Shown here in pieces: positions 40,453 through 53,274 of a stretch of 64,000 nucleotides of DNA; positions within the stretch are counted from its first letter, which is position 1; each line of letters starts with the position of its first letter. The stretch lies in contig JBGAOA010000002.1 in assembly GCA_044222065.1 (NCBI GenBank), positions 32,001 through 96,000 of the forward strand, in the 5' to 3' direction. The translations under genes and the position numbers were made by a program. This DNA is from Candidatus Eiseniibacteriota bacterium (GTDB taxonomy: Bacteria; Eisenbacteria; RBG-16-71-46). The notes under the pieces are model-generated. The model saw only the letters and a program-made list of their open reading frames with translations, made no database searches and had not been told where the DNA came from.

Positions 40453-41670
40453 ATGAACCTCCGCGAGAGCGCGGGGATCGCGCTCACCGCACTGCGCGCG
40501 CACAAGCTGCGCTCGTTCCTGACGCTGCTCGGCGTGATCATCGGCGTGAGTTCCGTCATCGCCGTGATTTCCCTCGTTCAGGGACTGAATCAGTACGTCT
40601 CGAGCAAATTGATTTCGTCGGGGTCCAACGTCTTCACGGTGGACCGCGTCGGGCTCGCATTCGACGACCTGACGTTCAACGACCGACTGCGACGCCCGAA
40701 TCTGACCCGGGCGCACGCACGGCTCGTCGCCACGACCGCGCGCCACGTGCTGGCGGCCACCGCCGCGCGCGGAGCCCTGGCGACCCTGCGCCGCGGCTCG
40801 CGCTCGCTACGCGCCGTCGGCGTCCAGGGCGTGGAGTCCGGCTACATGGAGGTCAGCGACCTGCCGGTCGCACGGGGGCGGCCGCTCGGCGACTCGGACG
40901 ACCTCGGTCGCGCCGACGTGTGCGTGATCGGCGCCGATGTCGCCGACGAACTGTTCGGTTCGCTGGACCCGCTGGACCGGGACATTCGAATCGGACCGCA
41001 CCGGCTGCTGGTCGTCGGCATCGGCGCCCGCAAGGGCTCGTCGTTCGGTCAAAGCCAGGACCAGTACGTGCTCGTTCCGCTCGGGACGTTCGACCGCATG
41101 TACGGTCGAATCGGCAGCGTGGACATTCAGGTGCGGAGCCGCTCGCAGGACGAATTCACGCAGGCGCAGGACGAGACGCGCAGCATCCTGCGGGCCGCGC
41201 GCCACCTGCGACCCGGCCAGCCCGACGACTTCGAGATTACGACGCCCGAGATGCTCCTGAGCCTGTGGCAGAACATCTCGGGCGCGATCTTCGTCGTGAT
41301 CATCGGCGTGTCGCTCATCTCGCTCGTCGTCGGCGGCATCGTGATCATGAACATCATGCTCGTGTCGGTGACGGAGCGCACGCGCGAGATCGGCGTACGG
41401 AAGGCGCTCGGCGCACGCCGCCGCGACATCCTCTTCCAGTTCCTCATCGAGGCCGTGACGCTGTCGGGGGTCGGCGGAGTCGTCGGCCTCCTGCTAGGTG
41501 TGGCGTTCGCGCTGCTCATCGGACTCGTCTCACCATTGCCGGTGTACGTGAGCCCGTTCGCGATCGTGCTGGGGCTCGTCACGGCGACGCTCGTCGGCGT
41601 GTTCTTCGGGTCCTACCCCGCGTCGCGGGCCGCGAAGCAGGACCCGATCGAAGCGCTGAGGTACGAGTGA
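40453..41670 (+). CDS. MacB/FtsX-family ABC permease (type A, copy 2)
   Basis: [14 protein letters not shown], same FtsX C-terminal motif, DPIEALRYE. Confidence 0.92.
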   Translation: MNLRESAGIALTALRAHKLRSFLTLLGVIIGVSSVIAVISLVQGLNQYVSSKLISSGSNVFTVDRVGLAFDDLTFNDRLRRPNLTRAHARLVATTARHVLAATAARGALATLRRGSRSLRAVGVQGVESGYMEVSDLPVARGRPLGDSDDLGRADVCVIGADVADELFGSLDPLDRDIRIGPHRLLVVGIGARKGSSFGQSQDQYVLVPLGTFDRMYGRIGSVDIQVRSRSQDEFTQAQDETRSILRAARHLRPGQPDDFEITTPEMLLSLWQNISGAIFVVIIGVSLISLVVGGIVIMNIMLVSVTERTREIGVRKALGARRRDILFQFLIEAVTLSGVGGVVGLLLGVAFALLIGLVSPLPVYVSPFAIVLGLVTATLVGVFFGSYPASRAAKQDPIEALRYE

Positions 41671-42971
41671 GCGGGGGCGGGCGGCCGCCTGAGGCGCGCG
41701 AGGTGAGGACGCGCGACCTCGTCGCGGACGTGTTCGCGATGTCGTTCCAGTCGCTGCGCGCGCACGGACTGCGTTCGCTGCTGACGACGCTCGGCGTCGT
41801 CATCGGCGTGGCGACGGTGGTCGCGATGGCGAGCATCATCGAGGGCTTCAACCAGACCGTCGAGCGTTCGATCTCGGCCTTCGGCTCCCACACGATCTAC
41901 ATCCGCTCGTTCAAGCCGGGCTTCTTCGTCGGCGGCTTCCCGGACAGCCTTCGCCACCGGAAGGCGTTCACGGAGGGGGACGCGCGGGCGATCCGGGAGC
42001 GTTGCCCGAGCGTCGGAAAGGTGTCGATCATCGGATTCGTCGAGAACGCCGCCGTCTCGCGCGCCGGGCACACGTCCCGCGGGCTGCAGCTCATCGGCGC
42101 CGATCCCGACATCCAGGAGGTCATGCGCTACGACCCCGGGTACGGCCGCTTCTTCACCGAGGAGGAGTTGCGCCGGCGCGCGCAGGTGATCGTCATCGGC
42201 AAGGACATCCGCGAGGGGTTGTTCCCCGAAGGCGGCGACCCGCTCGGCAAGACGATCCACCTGAACGGCCTGCCGTTCCGCGTCGTGGGCGAACTCGAGC
42301 CCAAGGGCCGGAGCCTCTTCGGGAATCCCGACGAGTTCATCACGATCCCCTACACGACGCTTTCGAAGTACTTCCCGCCTCCACCGGACGCGCCGTTCTA
42401 CGTGCCGAAGCGCGGCTACTACTACCTGAACGCCGTGGCGGTGACGCCCGAGCGCACCGCGGCCGCAGTCGACGAGATCCGCGAAGTGTTGCGCGTCCGC
42501 CGCGGACTCCGGCCGCGAGAGTCCGACAATTTCGCCGTCATGACCGAGGACACGCTCGCCGACCTGTACAAGCAGCTCACCGGCGCGACGTACGCGGTCA
42601 TGCTGCTGATTTCGTCCATCGCCCTCGTGGTCGGCGGCATCGGCGTCATGAACATCATGCTCGTGGCGGTGACCGAGCGGACGCGCGAGATCGGGTTGCG
42701 CAAGGCGATCGGCGCGCCACGCGTCACCGTGCTGCTGCAGTTCCTCGTCGAAGCGGCGACGCTCACGGGCATCGGCGGCGTGATCGGTGTCGCACTCGGG
42801 GCGGGCGTGGGGCAGCTCGTGCGCGCCGTGAGTCCGCTCCCCGCGCACACGCCGCTGTGGGCCGTGCTCGTCGCGTTCGTGTTCTCGGTCGCGGTCGGCG
42901 TGTTCTTCGGCTTCTATCCCGCGATGCGCGCCTCCCGGCTCGACCCCGTCGAGGCGCTGCGCTTCGAATGA
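41667..42971 (+). CDS. MacB/FtsX-family ABC permease (type B, copy 2; alternative start 41703)
   Basis: LRSLLTTLGVVIGV, GRFFTEEE, GGIGVMNIML, DPVEALRFE. Confidence 0.92.
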   Translation: MSGGGRPPEAREVRTRDLVADVFAMSFQSLRAHGLRSLLTTLGVVIGVATVVAMASIIEGFNQTVERSISAFGSHTIYIRSFKPGFFVGGFPDSLRHRKAFTEGDARAIRERCPSVGKVSIIGFVENAAVSRAGHTSRGLQLIGADPDIQEVMRYDPGYGRFFTEEELRRRAQVIVIGKDIREGLFPEGGDPLGKTIHLNGLPFRVVGELEPKGRSLFGNPDEFITIPYTTLSKYFPPPPDAPFYVPKRGYYYLNAVAVTPERTAAAVDEIREVLRVRRGLRPRESDNFAVMTEDTLADLYKQLTGATYAVMLLISSIALVVGGIGVMNIMLVAVTERTREIGLRKAIGAPRVTVLLQFLVEAATLTGIGGVIGVALGAGVGQLVRAVSPLPAHTPLWAVLVAFVFSVAVGVFFGFYPAMRASRLDPVEALRFE

Positions 42972-42995
42972 GCCGCGCCCCGGCGCGCATGCCGA

Positions 42996-43004
42996 TGCTA
43001 TAGT
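42996..43004 (+). promoter_or_regulatory. Putative extended -10 promoter for uvrA
   Basis: TGCTATAGT ending 9 nt before ATG 43014. Confidence 0.55.
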
Positions 43005-43013
43005 CGCCGCCCC

Positions 43014-45902
<2,889 letters not shown>

Positions 45903-45950
45903 GCGCGTCGCTCGCCGCGGCGTGCGGGAGCGGATGGAGCGCGGCCTTCC

Positions 45951-45959
45951 TGCTATAGT
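45951..45959 (+). promoter_or_regulatory. Putative extended -10 promoter for tdh-kbl
   Basis: TGCTATAGT in the uvrA-tdh intergenic region. Confidence 0.55.
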
Positions 45960-46022
45960 CGCGCCGTCGTTCGTTCCCAATCACCTTCGCGCCTCGCGCG
46001 CGACTTCATAGGGATGCGTGCC

Positions 46023-47126
46023 ATGACGCCTACGACGCCTGCGGTCACGGAGCAGCCCCGGACGTTCACTCGAACGTCCACGATGAAGGCGGTCGTCAAG
46101 ACGACCGCCGGCCCCGGTCTCGAGATTCGCGACGTCCCGGTCCCCACGGTGGGGCCGGGACAAATTCTTTTGCGCGTGCTGCGCGCCGGGGTGTGCGGCA
46201 CGGACCTTCACATCTTCGAGTGGGACCAGTGGTCGCAGAGTCGCATCAAGCCGCCGGTCACCGTGGGACACGAATTCGTCGGAGAGATCGTCGAGATCGG
46301 CGCGAGCGTGACCGAGTTCAAGCTCGGCGAGCGCGTCTCGTGCGAGAGCCACATCGTGTGCGAGCACTGCATCGCGTGCCGCACCGGCAACGGCCACGTG
46401 TGCGAGAACACGAAGATCCTCGGCGTGGACGTGAACGGCGGCTGGGCCGAGTACGTCGCGGTGCCCGCGGCGAACGCGTGGCGCGCGCCGACGAACATCC
46501 CGATCGAAGTGCAGGGCATCATGGAGCCGCTCGGCAACGCGGTGCACACGGCGTTCGCGGGCGATCTGAGCGCGTGCCGCATCGCGGTCACGGGCTGCGG
46601 CCCGATCGGCCTGTTCGCCGTCGGCGTCGCGAAGGCGGCCGGCGCGGCTCAGGTCATCGCGAGCGACGTGTCGTCCTACCGGCTCGACCTCGCGAAGAAG
46701 ATGAACGCCGACGCCGTGATCGATCCGTCGAAGGAGAATTTCGTCGAGCGCGTGCGCGATCTGACGCAGGGCCGCATGCTCGACGGCGTGCTCGAGATGT
46801 CGGGCAACCCGGTCGCGATCCGCGACGGGCTCGCGGGGCTGCGCATGGGTGGGCGGCTGTCGCTGCTCGGACTCCCGCGCGAGCAGTTCGGGCTCGACTG
46901 GAACAAGCTGCTCATCTTCAAGGGCATCACGCTGCACGGCATCATCGGCCGCCGCATGTACCAGACGTGGTACCAGATGGACGGTCTGCTGCGCTCCGGC
47001 CGGCTCGACCTGAAGCCCGCGATCACGCACGTCATGCCGATGGAGAAGGTCGTGGACGCGATCGGGCTCCTGCGTTCCGGGCAGGCGGGCAAGGTCGTGC
47101 TCGTGCCGTGGGGGCAGAGCGCATGA
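46023..47126 (+). CDS. tdh: L-threonine 3-dehydrogenase (alternative starts 46014 or 46083)
   Basis: CGTDLHI, GHEFVG, structural Zn cysteines, EPLGNAVHT, GCGPIG, GRRMYQTW; near kbl. Confidence 0.93.
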   Translation: MTPTTPAVTEQPRTFTRTSTMKAVVKTTAGPGLEIRDVPVPTVGPGQILLRVLRAGVCGTDLHIFEWDQWSQSRIKPPVTVGHEFVGEIVEIGASVTEFKLGERVSCESHIVCEHCIACRTGNGHVCENTKILGVDVNGGWAEYVAVPAANAWRAPTNIPIEVQGIMEPLGNAVHTAFAGDLSACRIAVTGCGPIGLFAVGVAKAAGAAQVIASDVSSYRLDLAKKMNADAVIDPSKENFVERVRDLTQGRMLDGVLEMSGNPVAIRDGLAGLRMGGRLSLLGLPREQFGLDWNKLLIFKGITLHGIIGRRMYQTWYQMDGLLRSGRLDLKPAITHVMPMEKVVDAIGLLRSGQAGKVVLVPWGQSA

Positions 47127-47563
47127 ACGCGCGCGGCTGGGCGCTCGCGCTCGGCCTCGCGACGCTCGCGGGCTGCTCGGCGCCGTTCAAGGGCATGCCA
47201 CCGGCGCGGACGGCGGGGTCGGAGTTCGCGCGACCGACGGCTGGCTGTCCCGAGTCGACTCACGTCGCGCGAACCGATTCGCTGCTCGCGACCGCTCCGC
47301 TCGAAGAACCGGTGGTGCGGACGAAGGTGGATCCCGTGTACCCGAACATCGCGCGGGAAGCGGGAGTCGAGGGAGTCGTCGTCGTGCGCGCGCTCGTGTG
47401 CGAGCACGGGCGTGTCATCGAGACCCGGGTGCTGCGAGGTCCGCCGATGCTGAAGGACAACGCCGAGTCGGCCGTGAAGCTCTGGCGTTTCGACCCCGCC
47501 CGCTCGAACGACGCTCCGATCCCCGCATGGACCGAAGTGGAAGTGCCCTTCACGCTCCATTGA
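47123..47563 (+). CDS. Small lipoprotein carrying a TonB C-terminal domain
   Basis: Lipobox [32 protein letters not shown] overlap with tdh stop. Confidence 0.8.
   Translation: MNARGWALALGLATLAGCSAPFKGMPPARTAGSEFARPTAGCPESTHVARTDSLLATAPLEEPVVRTKVDPVYPNIAREAGVEGVVVVRALVCEHGRVIETRVLRGPPMLKDNAESAVKLWRFDPARSNDAPIPAWTEVEVPFTLH
47438..47467 (+). repeat. 30-bp exact repeat shared with tonB (32669-32698)
   Basis: ggtccgccgatgctgaaggacaacgccgag at both sites, encoding [10 protein letters not shown]. Confidence 0.9.
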
Positions 47564-47579
47564 GCGAAGGATCCGACGC

Positions 47580-48788
47580 ATGTACGAAACGCTGAAGCCT
47601 CAGCTCGAGAAGGAACTCCAGGCGATCAAGGACGCGGGACTGTGGAAGGACGAGCGCGTGCTCGCCTCGCCGCAGGGGCCCGAGGTGACGCTCGCCGACG
47701 GACGCAAGGTGCTCGTGTTCTGCGCCAACAACTACCTCGGGCTCTCGAGCGACGCGCGCGTGATCGCCGCGGCGCACGCCGCAATCGACAGCCACGGCTA
47801 CGGCCTCTCGTCCGTGCGCTTCATCTGCGGCACGCAGGACGCGCACAAGACGCTCGAGCGGAAGATCTCGGCATTCCTCGGAACCGAGGACACGATCCTG
47901 TACGCGGCGTGCTTCGACGCGAACGGCGGCGTGTTCGAGCCGCTGCTCGGCGAGGAAGACGCGATCATTTCGGACTCGCTGAACCACGCCTCGATCATCG
48001 ACGGCGTGCGGCTCTGCAAGGCACAGCGCTGGCGCTACGCGGCGAACGACATGGTGGACCTCGAGCGCTGTCTCGAGGAGGCGGTCGCGAAGGGCACGCG
48101 TCACCGCCTGATCGCGACCGACGGCGTCTTCTCGATGGACGGCACGATCGCGAACCTGAAGGCGATCTGCGACCTCGCCGACGAGTACAGGGCGCTCGTC
48201 ATGGTGGACGAGTGCCACGCGATGGGGTTCCTCGGGAAGACCGGCCGCGGTACGCCCGAGATGACGGGCACGGCGGGCCGCATCGACATCGTCACGGGCA
48301 CGCTCGGCAAGGCGCTCGGCGGCGCGCTCGGCGGCTTCACGAGCGGGCGCAAGGAGATCATCCAGCTGCTGCGGCAGCGCTCGCGGCCGTACCTGTTCTC
48401 GAACACGCTGCCGCCGTCGGTCGTCGGCGCGTCGATCGCCGTGTTCGACCTGTTGTCGAGCACGACGGAGCTGCGCGACCGGCTCGAGGCGAACACGCGC
48501 TGGTTCCGCGACGCGATGACCGCGGCGGGCTTCGAGATCAAGCCCGGCGTGCACCCGATCGTCCCGATCATGCTGTACGACGAGAAGCTCGCGCACGACA
48601 TGGCGCGCCGCCTGCTCGACGAGGGCATCTACGTGATCGGATTCTCTTTCCCGGTGGTGCCGAAGGGACAGGCGCGCATCCGCGTTCAGATCTCGGCGGC
48701 GCACGAGCGCGCGCACCTCGAGCGCGCGGTGCGGGCGTTCACGCGCGTGGGGCAGGAGCTCGGCGTGCTGAAGGGGGCCGCGCGCTGA
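47580..48788 (+). CDS. kbl: 2-amino-3-ketobutyrate CoA ligase (glycine C-acetyltransferase)
   Basis: [61 protein letters not shown]. Confidence 0.95.
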   Translation: MYETLKPQLEKELQAIKDAGLWKDERVLASPQGPEVTLADGRKVLVFCANNYLGLSSDARVIAAAHAAIDSHGYGLSSVRFICGTQDAHKTLERKISAFLGTEDTILYAACFDANGGVFEPLLGEEDAIISDSLNHASIIDGVRLCKAQRWRYAANDMVDLERCLEEAVAKGTRHRLIATDGVFSMDGTIANLKAICDLADEYRALVMVDECHAMGFLGKTGRGTPEMTGTAGRIDIVTGTLGKALGGALGGFTSGRKEIIQLLRQRSRPYLFSNTLPPSVVGASIAVFDLLSSTTELRDRLEANTRWFRDAMTAAGFEIKPGVHPIVPIMLYDEKLAHDMARRLLDEGIYVIGFSFPVVPKGQARIRVQISAAHERAHLERAVRAFTRVGQELGVLKGAAR

Positions 48789-48858
48789 CCGCCGTCGTCG
48801 CGCCGCGCCCGGGCTCGAGCGCGACGCGCACTTCGAGTGTTTTGCGAGCCGCCAACGC

Positions 48859-48888
48859 TTGACCCCTTTCGAGCACGTCGGATACCTT
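48859..48888 (+). promoter_or_regulatory. Putative sigma70 promoter for the gcv operon
   Basis: TTGACC-N18-TACCTT, 30 nt before gcvT. Confidence 0.55.
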
Positions 48889-48918
48889 GCGAGCGAAACT
48901 GCTCAGGGAGAGAGACCC

Positions 48919-50025
48919 TTGTCACCCGCTTCCACCGTCAAGAAGACGCCGTTCCACGAGTTCCACGCCGCCCTCGGCGGCAAGCTCGTGGACTTCGCCG
49001 GTTTCGAGATGCCCGTCCGCTATTCGGGGGACGTGCGCGAGCACCAGGCGGTACGCAACGCCGCCGGGCTGTTCGACATCTCCCACATGGGCGAGTTCAT
49101 CGTCCGGGGCGAGGGGGCGCTCGCGTTCCTCAACCGCGCCGTGACGAACGACGTCGGGGGACTGGCGGTCGGCCAGGCGCTCTACTCGCCGATGTGCCGG
49201 CCCGACGGCGGCATCGTGGACGACCTGCTCGTCTATCGCGCGGCCGACCGCTACATGGTGGTCGTGAACGCGAGCAACATCGCGAAGGACTTCGAGTGGC
49301 TGTCGTCGCTCAAACCCGCCGACGCGACGCTCGAGAACCACTCCGACCGCACCGCGCTGCTCGCCGTGCAGGGCCCGCGCGCGGCCGACGTCGTGCGCGC
49401 CGGAGTTCCGGCCGCGGCGCTCGACCTCGGCTACTACCGCTTCGTCGAGGGTGACATCTTCGGCGCCCCCGGCATCGTCTCGCGCACGGGGTACACGGGC
49501 GAGGACGGTTTCGAGCTGTACTTCGACGTCGCGCACGCGTCCGCCGTGTGGCGCGCGCTGTGGGACGCCGGGAAGCCGTACGGGCTCGAGCCGATCGGGC
49601 TCGGCGCGCGCGACACGCTGCGCCTCGAGATGGCGTACATGCTCTACGGCAACGACATCACGGACACGACGAGCCCGCTCGAGGCGGGACTCGGCTGGAC
49701 CGTGAAGCTGAAGAAGCCCGATTTCGTCGGGCGTGACGTGCTCGTGCGGCAGAAGGAGCAGGGACTCGCGCGCAAGCTCGTCGGCATCGAGCTGGACGGC
49801 CGCCGCGTGCCGCGTCACGGCATGCCGATCGAGACGGGCGGCCGCGTGATCGGCGAGGTGACGAGCGGCACGTTCGCGCCGAGCCTCGAGAAGCCGATCG
49901 GCATGGGGTACGTCACGTCCGAACATTCCGCGATCGGAACGGCGCTCGAGGTGCGCGCCGGTTCGACCGTGCTGCCGGCGCGCGTCGTCGCCCGGCCCTT
50001 CTACACGCGCGGCTCGCATCGCTGA
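48919..50025 (+). CDS. gcvT: Glycine cleavage aminomethyltransferase T
   Basis: FDISHMGE, SRTGYTGEDGFE, GLGARDTLRLE; TTG start after GGGAG. Confidence 0.95.
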   Translation: MSPASTVKKTPFHEFHAALGGKLVDFAGFEMPVRYSGDVREHQAVRNAAGLFDISHMGEFIVRGEGALAFLNRAVTNDVGGLAVGQALYSPMCRPDGGIVDDLLVYRAADRYMVVVNASNIAKDFEWLSSLKPADATLENHSDRTALLAVQGPRAADVVRAGVPAAALDLGYYRFVEGDIFGAPGIVSRTGYTGEDGFELYFDVAHASAVWRALWDAGKPYGLEPIGLGARDTLRLEMAYMLYGNDITDTTSPLEAGLGWTVKLKKPDFVGRDVLVRQKEQGLARKLVGIELDGRRVPRHGMPIETGGRVIGEVTSGTFAPSLEKPIGMGYVTSEHSAIGTALEVRAGSTVLPARVVARPFYTRGSHR

Positions 50026-50045
50026 GCCCTGAGGGGGAGGCTGCT

Positions 50046-50435
50046 TTGGGTTATCCGGAAGACGTCCGCTACACCCGCGATCACGAGTGGGCCCGGCTCG
50101 AGAACGGGGTCGTCACGGTGGGGATCACGAACTACGCGACCGACCAGCTCGGAGACGTCGTGTTCGTGGAACTGCCCGAAGTCGGTCGGGCGCTCGAGGC
50201 CGGCAAGGCGTTCGGCGTCGTCGAGGCCGTGAAGACGGTGAGCGATCTCTACGCGCCGCTCGCGGGCGAGGTCGTCGAGGTGAACGGGGCGCTGACCGAC
50301 AATCCGGCGACCGTGAACGGCGATCCGTACGGGGACGGCTGGATGATCCGGATCCGCGTGAAGGATGCGGGCGAGTACCAGAAGCTGCTCTCGAGCGCGG
50401 ACTACGAGAAGCACCTCGAGGAAGAGCACGCATGA
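50046..50435 (+). CDS. gcvH: Glycine cleavage H protein
   Basis: HEW, GITNYA..LGDVVFVELP, lipoyl Lys in VEAVKTV, DPYG.GW. Confidence 0.96.
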   Translation: MGYPEDVRYTRDHEWARLENGVVTVGITNYATDQLGDVVFVELPEVGRALEAGKAFGVVEAVKTVSDLYAPLAGEVVEVNGALTDNPATVNGDPYGDGWMIRIRVKDAGEYQKLLSSADYEKHLEEEHA

Positions 50436-51772
50436 GCCAGATCGGTCTCTCGCCGTCCGAAGAGCGGCGGATGCTGGAGACGATCGGGGTGGACTCGTTC
50501 GAGCGGCTGATCGACGCGATTCCCGCCGCCGTGCGGCTGCAGAAGCCGCTCCCGATCGCCGGGCCCCTGTCCGAGATCGAGCTCCGGCGCCGCTTCGGCG
50601 CGTGGGCGAACGAGAACGCGGCCGCGAACGCCGTCTCGTTCATGGGCGGCGGTCTGTACGACCACTTCATTCCCGCGGCGCTGAACGCGGTCGCGTCGCG
50701 TTCGGAATTCGTCACCGCCTACACGCCGTACCAGCCGGAAGTCGCGCAGGGCACGCTCACCGCGATCTTCGAGTTCCAGAGCATGATCTGCGAGCTCACG
50801 GGGCTCGACGTCGCGAACGCGTCGCTGTACGACGGCGCCACGGCGGCGGTCGAAGGCGTGCTGCTCGCCCGCGCGCAGACCGGCCGCACGAAGGTCGTCG
50901 TCGCGGGCGCCGTGCACCCGCACGTCGTCGGCGTGCTTCGCACCTACCTCGGCGACGAGCACGTCGCCGTCGTCGCGGACCGCGGCGGACAGTGCGCACC
51001 CGAGGACCTGCAGTCGGCGCTGTCGAAGGACGTTGCCGCCGTGCTCTACCAGCACCCGAACTTCTTCGGCCTGCTCGAATCGCCCGCCGCGCTGCACGCG
51101 CTCGCGCACGAGTGCGGCGCGCTCGCGATCGCCTCGTGCGATCCGATCGCGCTCGCGCTGCTCGAGCCGCCGGGGCACTCGGGGGCCGACATCGTCGTGG
51201 GCGAGGGGCAGTCGCTCGGCAATCCGATCGGATTCGGCGGACCGTCGCTCGGCTTCTTCGCGTGCAAGAGCGCGCTCGTCCGGCGCATGCCGGGCCGCAT
51301 CGTCGCCGAGACCGTCGATCGCGACGGCGAACGGGGCTTCGTGCTCACGCTGCAGACGCGGGAGCAGCACATCCGGCGCGAGAAGGCGACGTCGAACATC
51401 TGCACGAACCAGGGGCTGCTCGCGCTCCGCTCGACGGTCTTCATGGGGCTCCTCGGGCGGCAGGGCATGCGCGAACTCGCCGAGCTGTGCGTCCAGAAGT
51501 CGCATCACGCCGCGACGCTCGCGGCGCGAATCCCGGGATACCGGCTCGTTCACGGCGGCCCGTTCTTCCGCGAGTTCGTGCTCGAGTGCCCGGTCGAGGC
51601 GTGGACCGTCGCGCGCGAAGCGCTCGCCGACGGCATCCTGGCCGGGGTGTACCTCGGCCGCTTCCGGCCGGAATGGAAGCGCTGGCTGCTCGTCGCCGTG
51701 ACCGAACAGCGCAGCATCGAAGAGATCGAGCGCTGGGCCGCGGCCCTGCGCCGCGCGGGAGGCGGACGATGA
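50432..51772 (+). CDS. gcvPA: Glycine dehydrogenase subunit 1
   Basis: TAYTPYQPE..QG, NASLYDG, LQTREQHIRREKATSNICTNQ. Confidence 0.96.
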   Translation: MSQIGLSPSEERRMLETIGVDSFERLIDAIPAAVRLQKPLPIAGPLSEIELRRRFGAWANENAAANAVSFMGGGLYDHFIPAALNAVASRSEFVTAYTPYQPEVAQGTLTAIFEFQSMICELTGLDVANASLYDGATAAVEGVLLARAQTGRTKVVVAGAVHPHVVGVLRTYLGDEHVAVVADRGGQCAPEDLQSALSKDVAAVLYQHPNFFGLLESPAALHALAHECGALAIASCDPIALALLEPPGHSGADIVVGEGQSLGNPIGFGGPSLGFFACKSALVRRMPGRIVAETVDRDGERGFVLTLQTREQHIRREKATSNICTNQGLLALRSTVFMGLLGRQGMRELAELCVQKSHHAATLAARIPGYRLVHGGPFFREFVLECPVEAWTVAREALADGILAGVYLGRFRPEWKRWLLVAVTEQRSIEEIERWAAALRRAGGGR

Positions 51773-53274
51773 AGCTCGAACGCCGGCTGCTGATCGAACA
51801 GGGCGGCGAGGGCCACCGCGGTCCCGAACTGCCGCCGTGCGACGTGCCGCAGCGCCCGCTCGCGGAACTGCTGCCGGGCGCGAAGCTGCGCGAGTCGCTC
51901 GCGTTCCCCGAGGTGAGCGAGCCCGAGGTCGTGCGCCACTTCCTCGAGCTTTCGACGTTGAATCACCACGTGGACAAGGGCTTCTACCCGCTCGGCTCGT
52001 GCACGATGAAGCACAATCCGAAGATCAACGACGAGATCGCATCGCTGCCCGGGTTCGCGCTTGCGCACCCGCTCGCGAGTGACGACGTGAGCCAGGGCGC
52101 GCTGCGCGTGATCTGGGAGCTGCAGAACGCGCTCGCCGCGATCACCGGTTTCGCCGCCGTGACGGCGCAGCCCGCCGCGGGCGCGCACGGCGAGATGACG
52201 GGGCTCATGCTGATCCGCGCGTGGCACCGCTCGCGCGGCGAGGGGGAGAAGCGCCGCCGCGTGCTCGTGCCCGATTCGGCGCACGGCACGAACCCGGCGA
52301 GCGTGAACCTGCTCGGCTGGGAGACGCAGACGGTCGCTTCCGACGAGCACGGCCACGTGAACCTGGACGCGCTCGAGCGTGCGCTCGACGACACGGTCGC
52401 CGCCGTCATGTTCACGGTGCCGAACACGCTCGGCGTGTTCGAGCGCGAGATCGTGGACGTGACCCGGCTCGCGCACGCGGCCGGCGCGCAGTGCTACATG
52501 GACGGCGCGAACCTGAACGCGCTCGTCGGCCTGCTGCGGCCGGGCGACCTCGGCTTCGACGTCATGCACATCAACGTGCACAAGACGTTCTCGACTCCGC
52601 ACGGCGGCGGCGGGCCCGGCGCCGGACCGGTCGCGGTCGCGAAGCACCTCGAGCCGTTCCTGCCGATCCCGGTCGTCGAGGAGTCCGGCGGTCTGCTGCG
52701 CCGCGTCTGGGACCGCGAGCGTTCGATCGGACGCGTGCACGGATGGCACGGCAACTTCGGCATCCTCGTGCGCGCGCTCGCCTACATCCTGTCGAACGGC
52801 GCGCCGGGGCTCGCGAACGTGAGCCGCACGGCGATCCTGAACGCGAACTACCTCATGCGGCGCCTCGCCGGGACTTACGAACTCCCGCACGCCGAACACT
52901 GCATGCACGAGTGCGTGCTGTCCGGGCGGCCGCTCAAGAAGCACGGCATCAAGACGCTCGACGTGGCGAAGCGGCTGCTCGACTTCGGCGTCCACGCGCC
53001 GACGGTGTACTTCCCGCTCATCGTGGAAGAGGCGCTCATGATCGAGCCGACCGAGACGGAGACGCTGGATCGGCTGGACCACTTCGCCGAGACGATGGAG
53101 CAGATCGCGCGCGAGGCCGCCGAGAATCCCCAGCTCCTCAAGGACGCGCCGCACACGACGCCGAACCGCCGGCTCGACGAGGGCCGCGCGGCGCGCGAGC
53201 TCAAGCTCCGCTGGAGCGCGGACGCCGCGCGCCCGAGCGGCAGCGCCGCGAACGCGGAACCGACGCTGAAGTGA
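51769..53274 (+). CDS. gcvPB: Glycine dehydrogenase subunit 2
   Basis: YPLGSCTMK, SAHGTNPAS, HKTFSTPHGGGGPG (PLP Lys), EPTETE. Confidence 0.96.
   Translation: MKLERRLLIEQGGEGHRGPELPPCDVPQRPLAELLPGAKLRESLAFPEVSEPEVVRHFLELSTLNHHVDKGFYPLGSCTMKHNPKINDEIASLPGFALAHPLASDDVSQGALRVIWELQNALAAITGFAAVTAQPAAGAHGEMTGLMLIRAWHRSRGEGEKRRRVLVPDSAHGTNPASVNLLGWETQTVASDEHGHVNLDALERALDDTVAAVMFTVPNTLGVFEREIVDVTRLAHAAGAQCYMDGANLNALVGLLRPGDLGFDVMHINVHKTFSTPHGGGGPGAGPVAVAKHLEPFLPIPVVEESGGLLRRVWDRERSIGRVHGWHGNFGILVRALAYILSNGAPGLANVSRTAILNANYLMRRLAGTYELPHAEHCMHECVLSGRPLKKHGIKTLDVAKRLLDFGVHAPTVYFPLIVEEALMIEPTETETLDRLDHFAETMEQIAREAAENPQLLKDAPHTTPNRRLDEGRAARELKLRWSADAARPSGSAANAEPTLK

Noticed and set aside
37901..42971. 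Repeated DNA such as atgaacatcatgctcgt and gatcgaagcgctgaggtacgagt as a repeat array or mobile element
   Set aside because: Explained by conserved motifs of paralogous permease genes; no regular spacing or transposase.
42972..43013. SOS box upstream of uvrA
   Set aside because: No LexA-type palindrome that I can recognise.
48789..48918. Possible glycine riboswitch or terminator upstream of gcvT
   Set aside because: No aptamer motifs seen and the putative promoter leaves only a ~25-nt leader; the CACT-tcg-AGTG-tttt hairpin is too weak to call.
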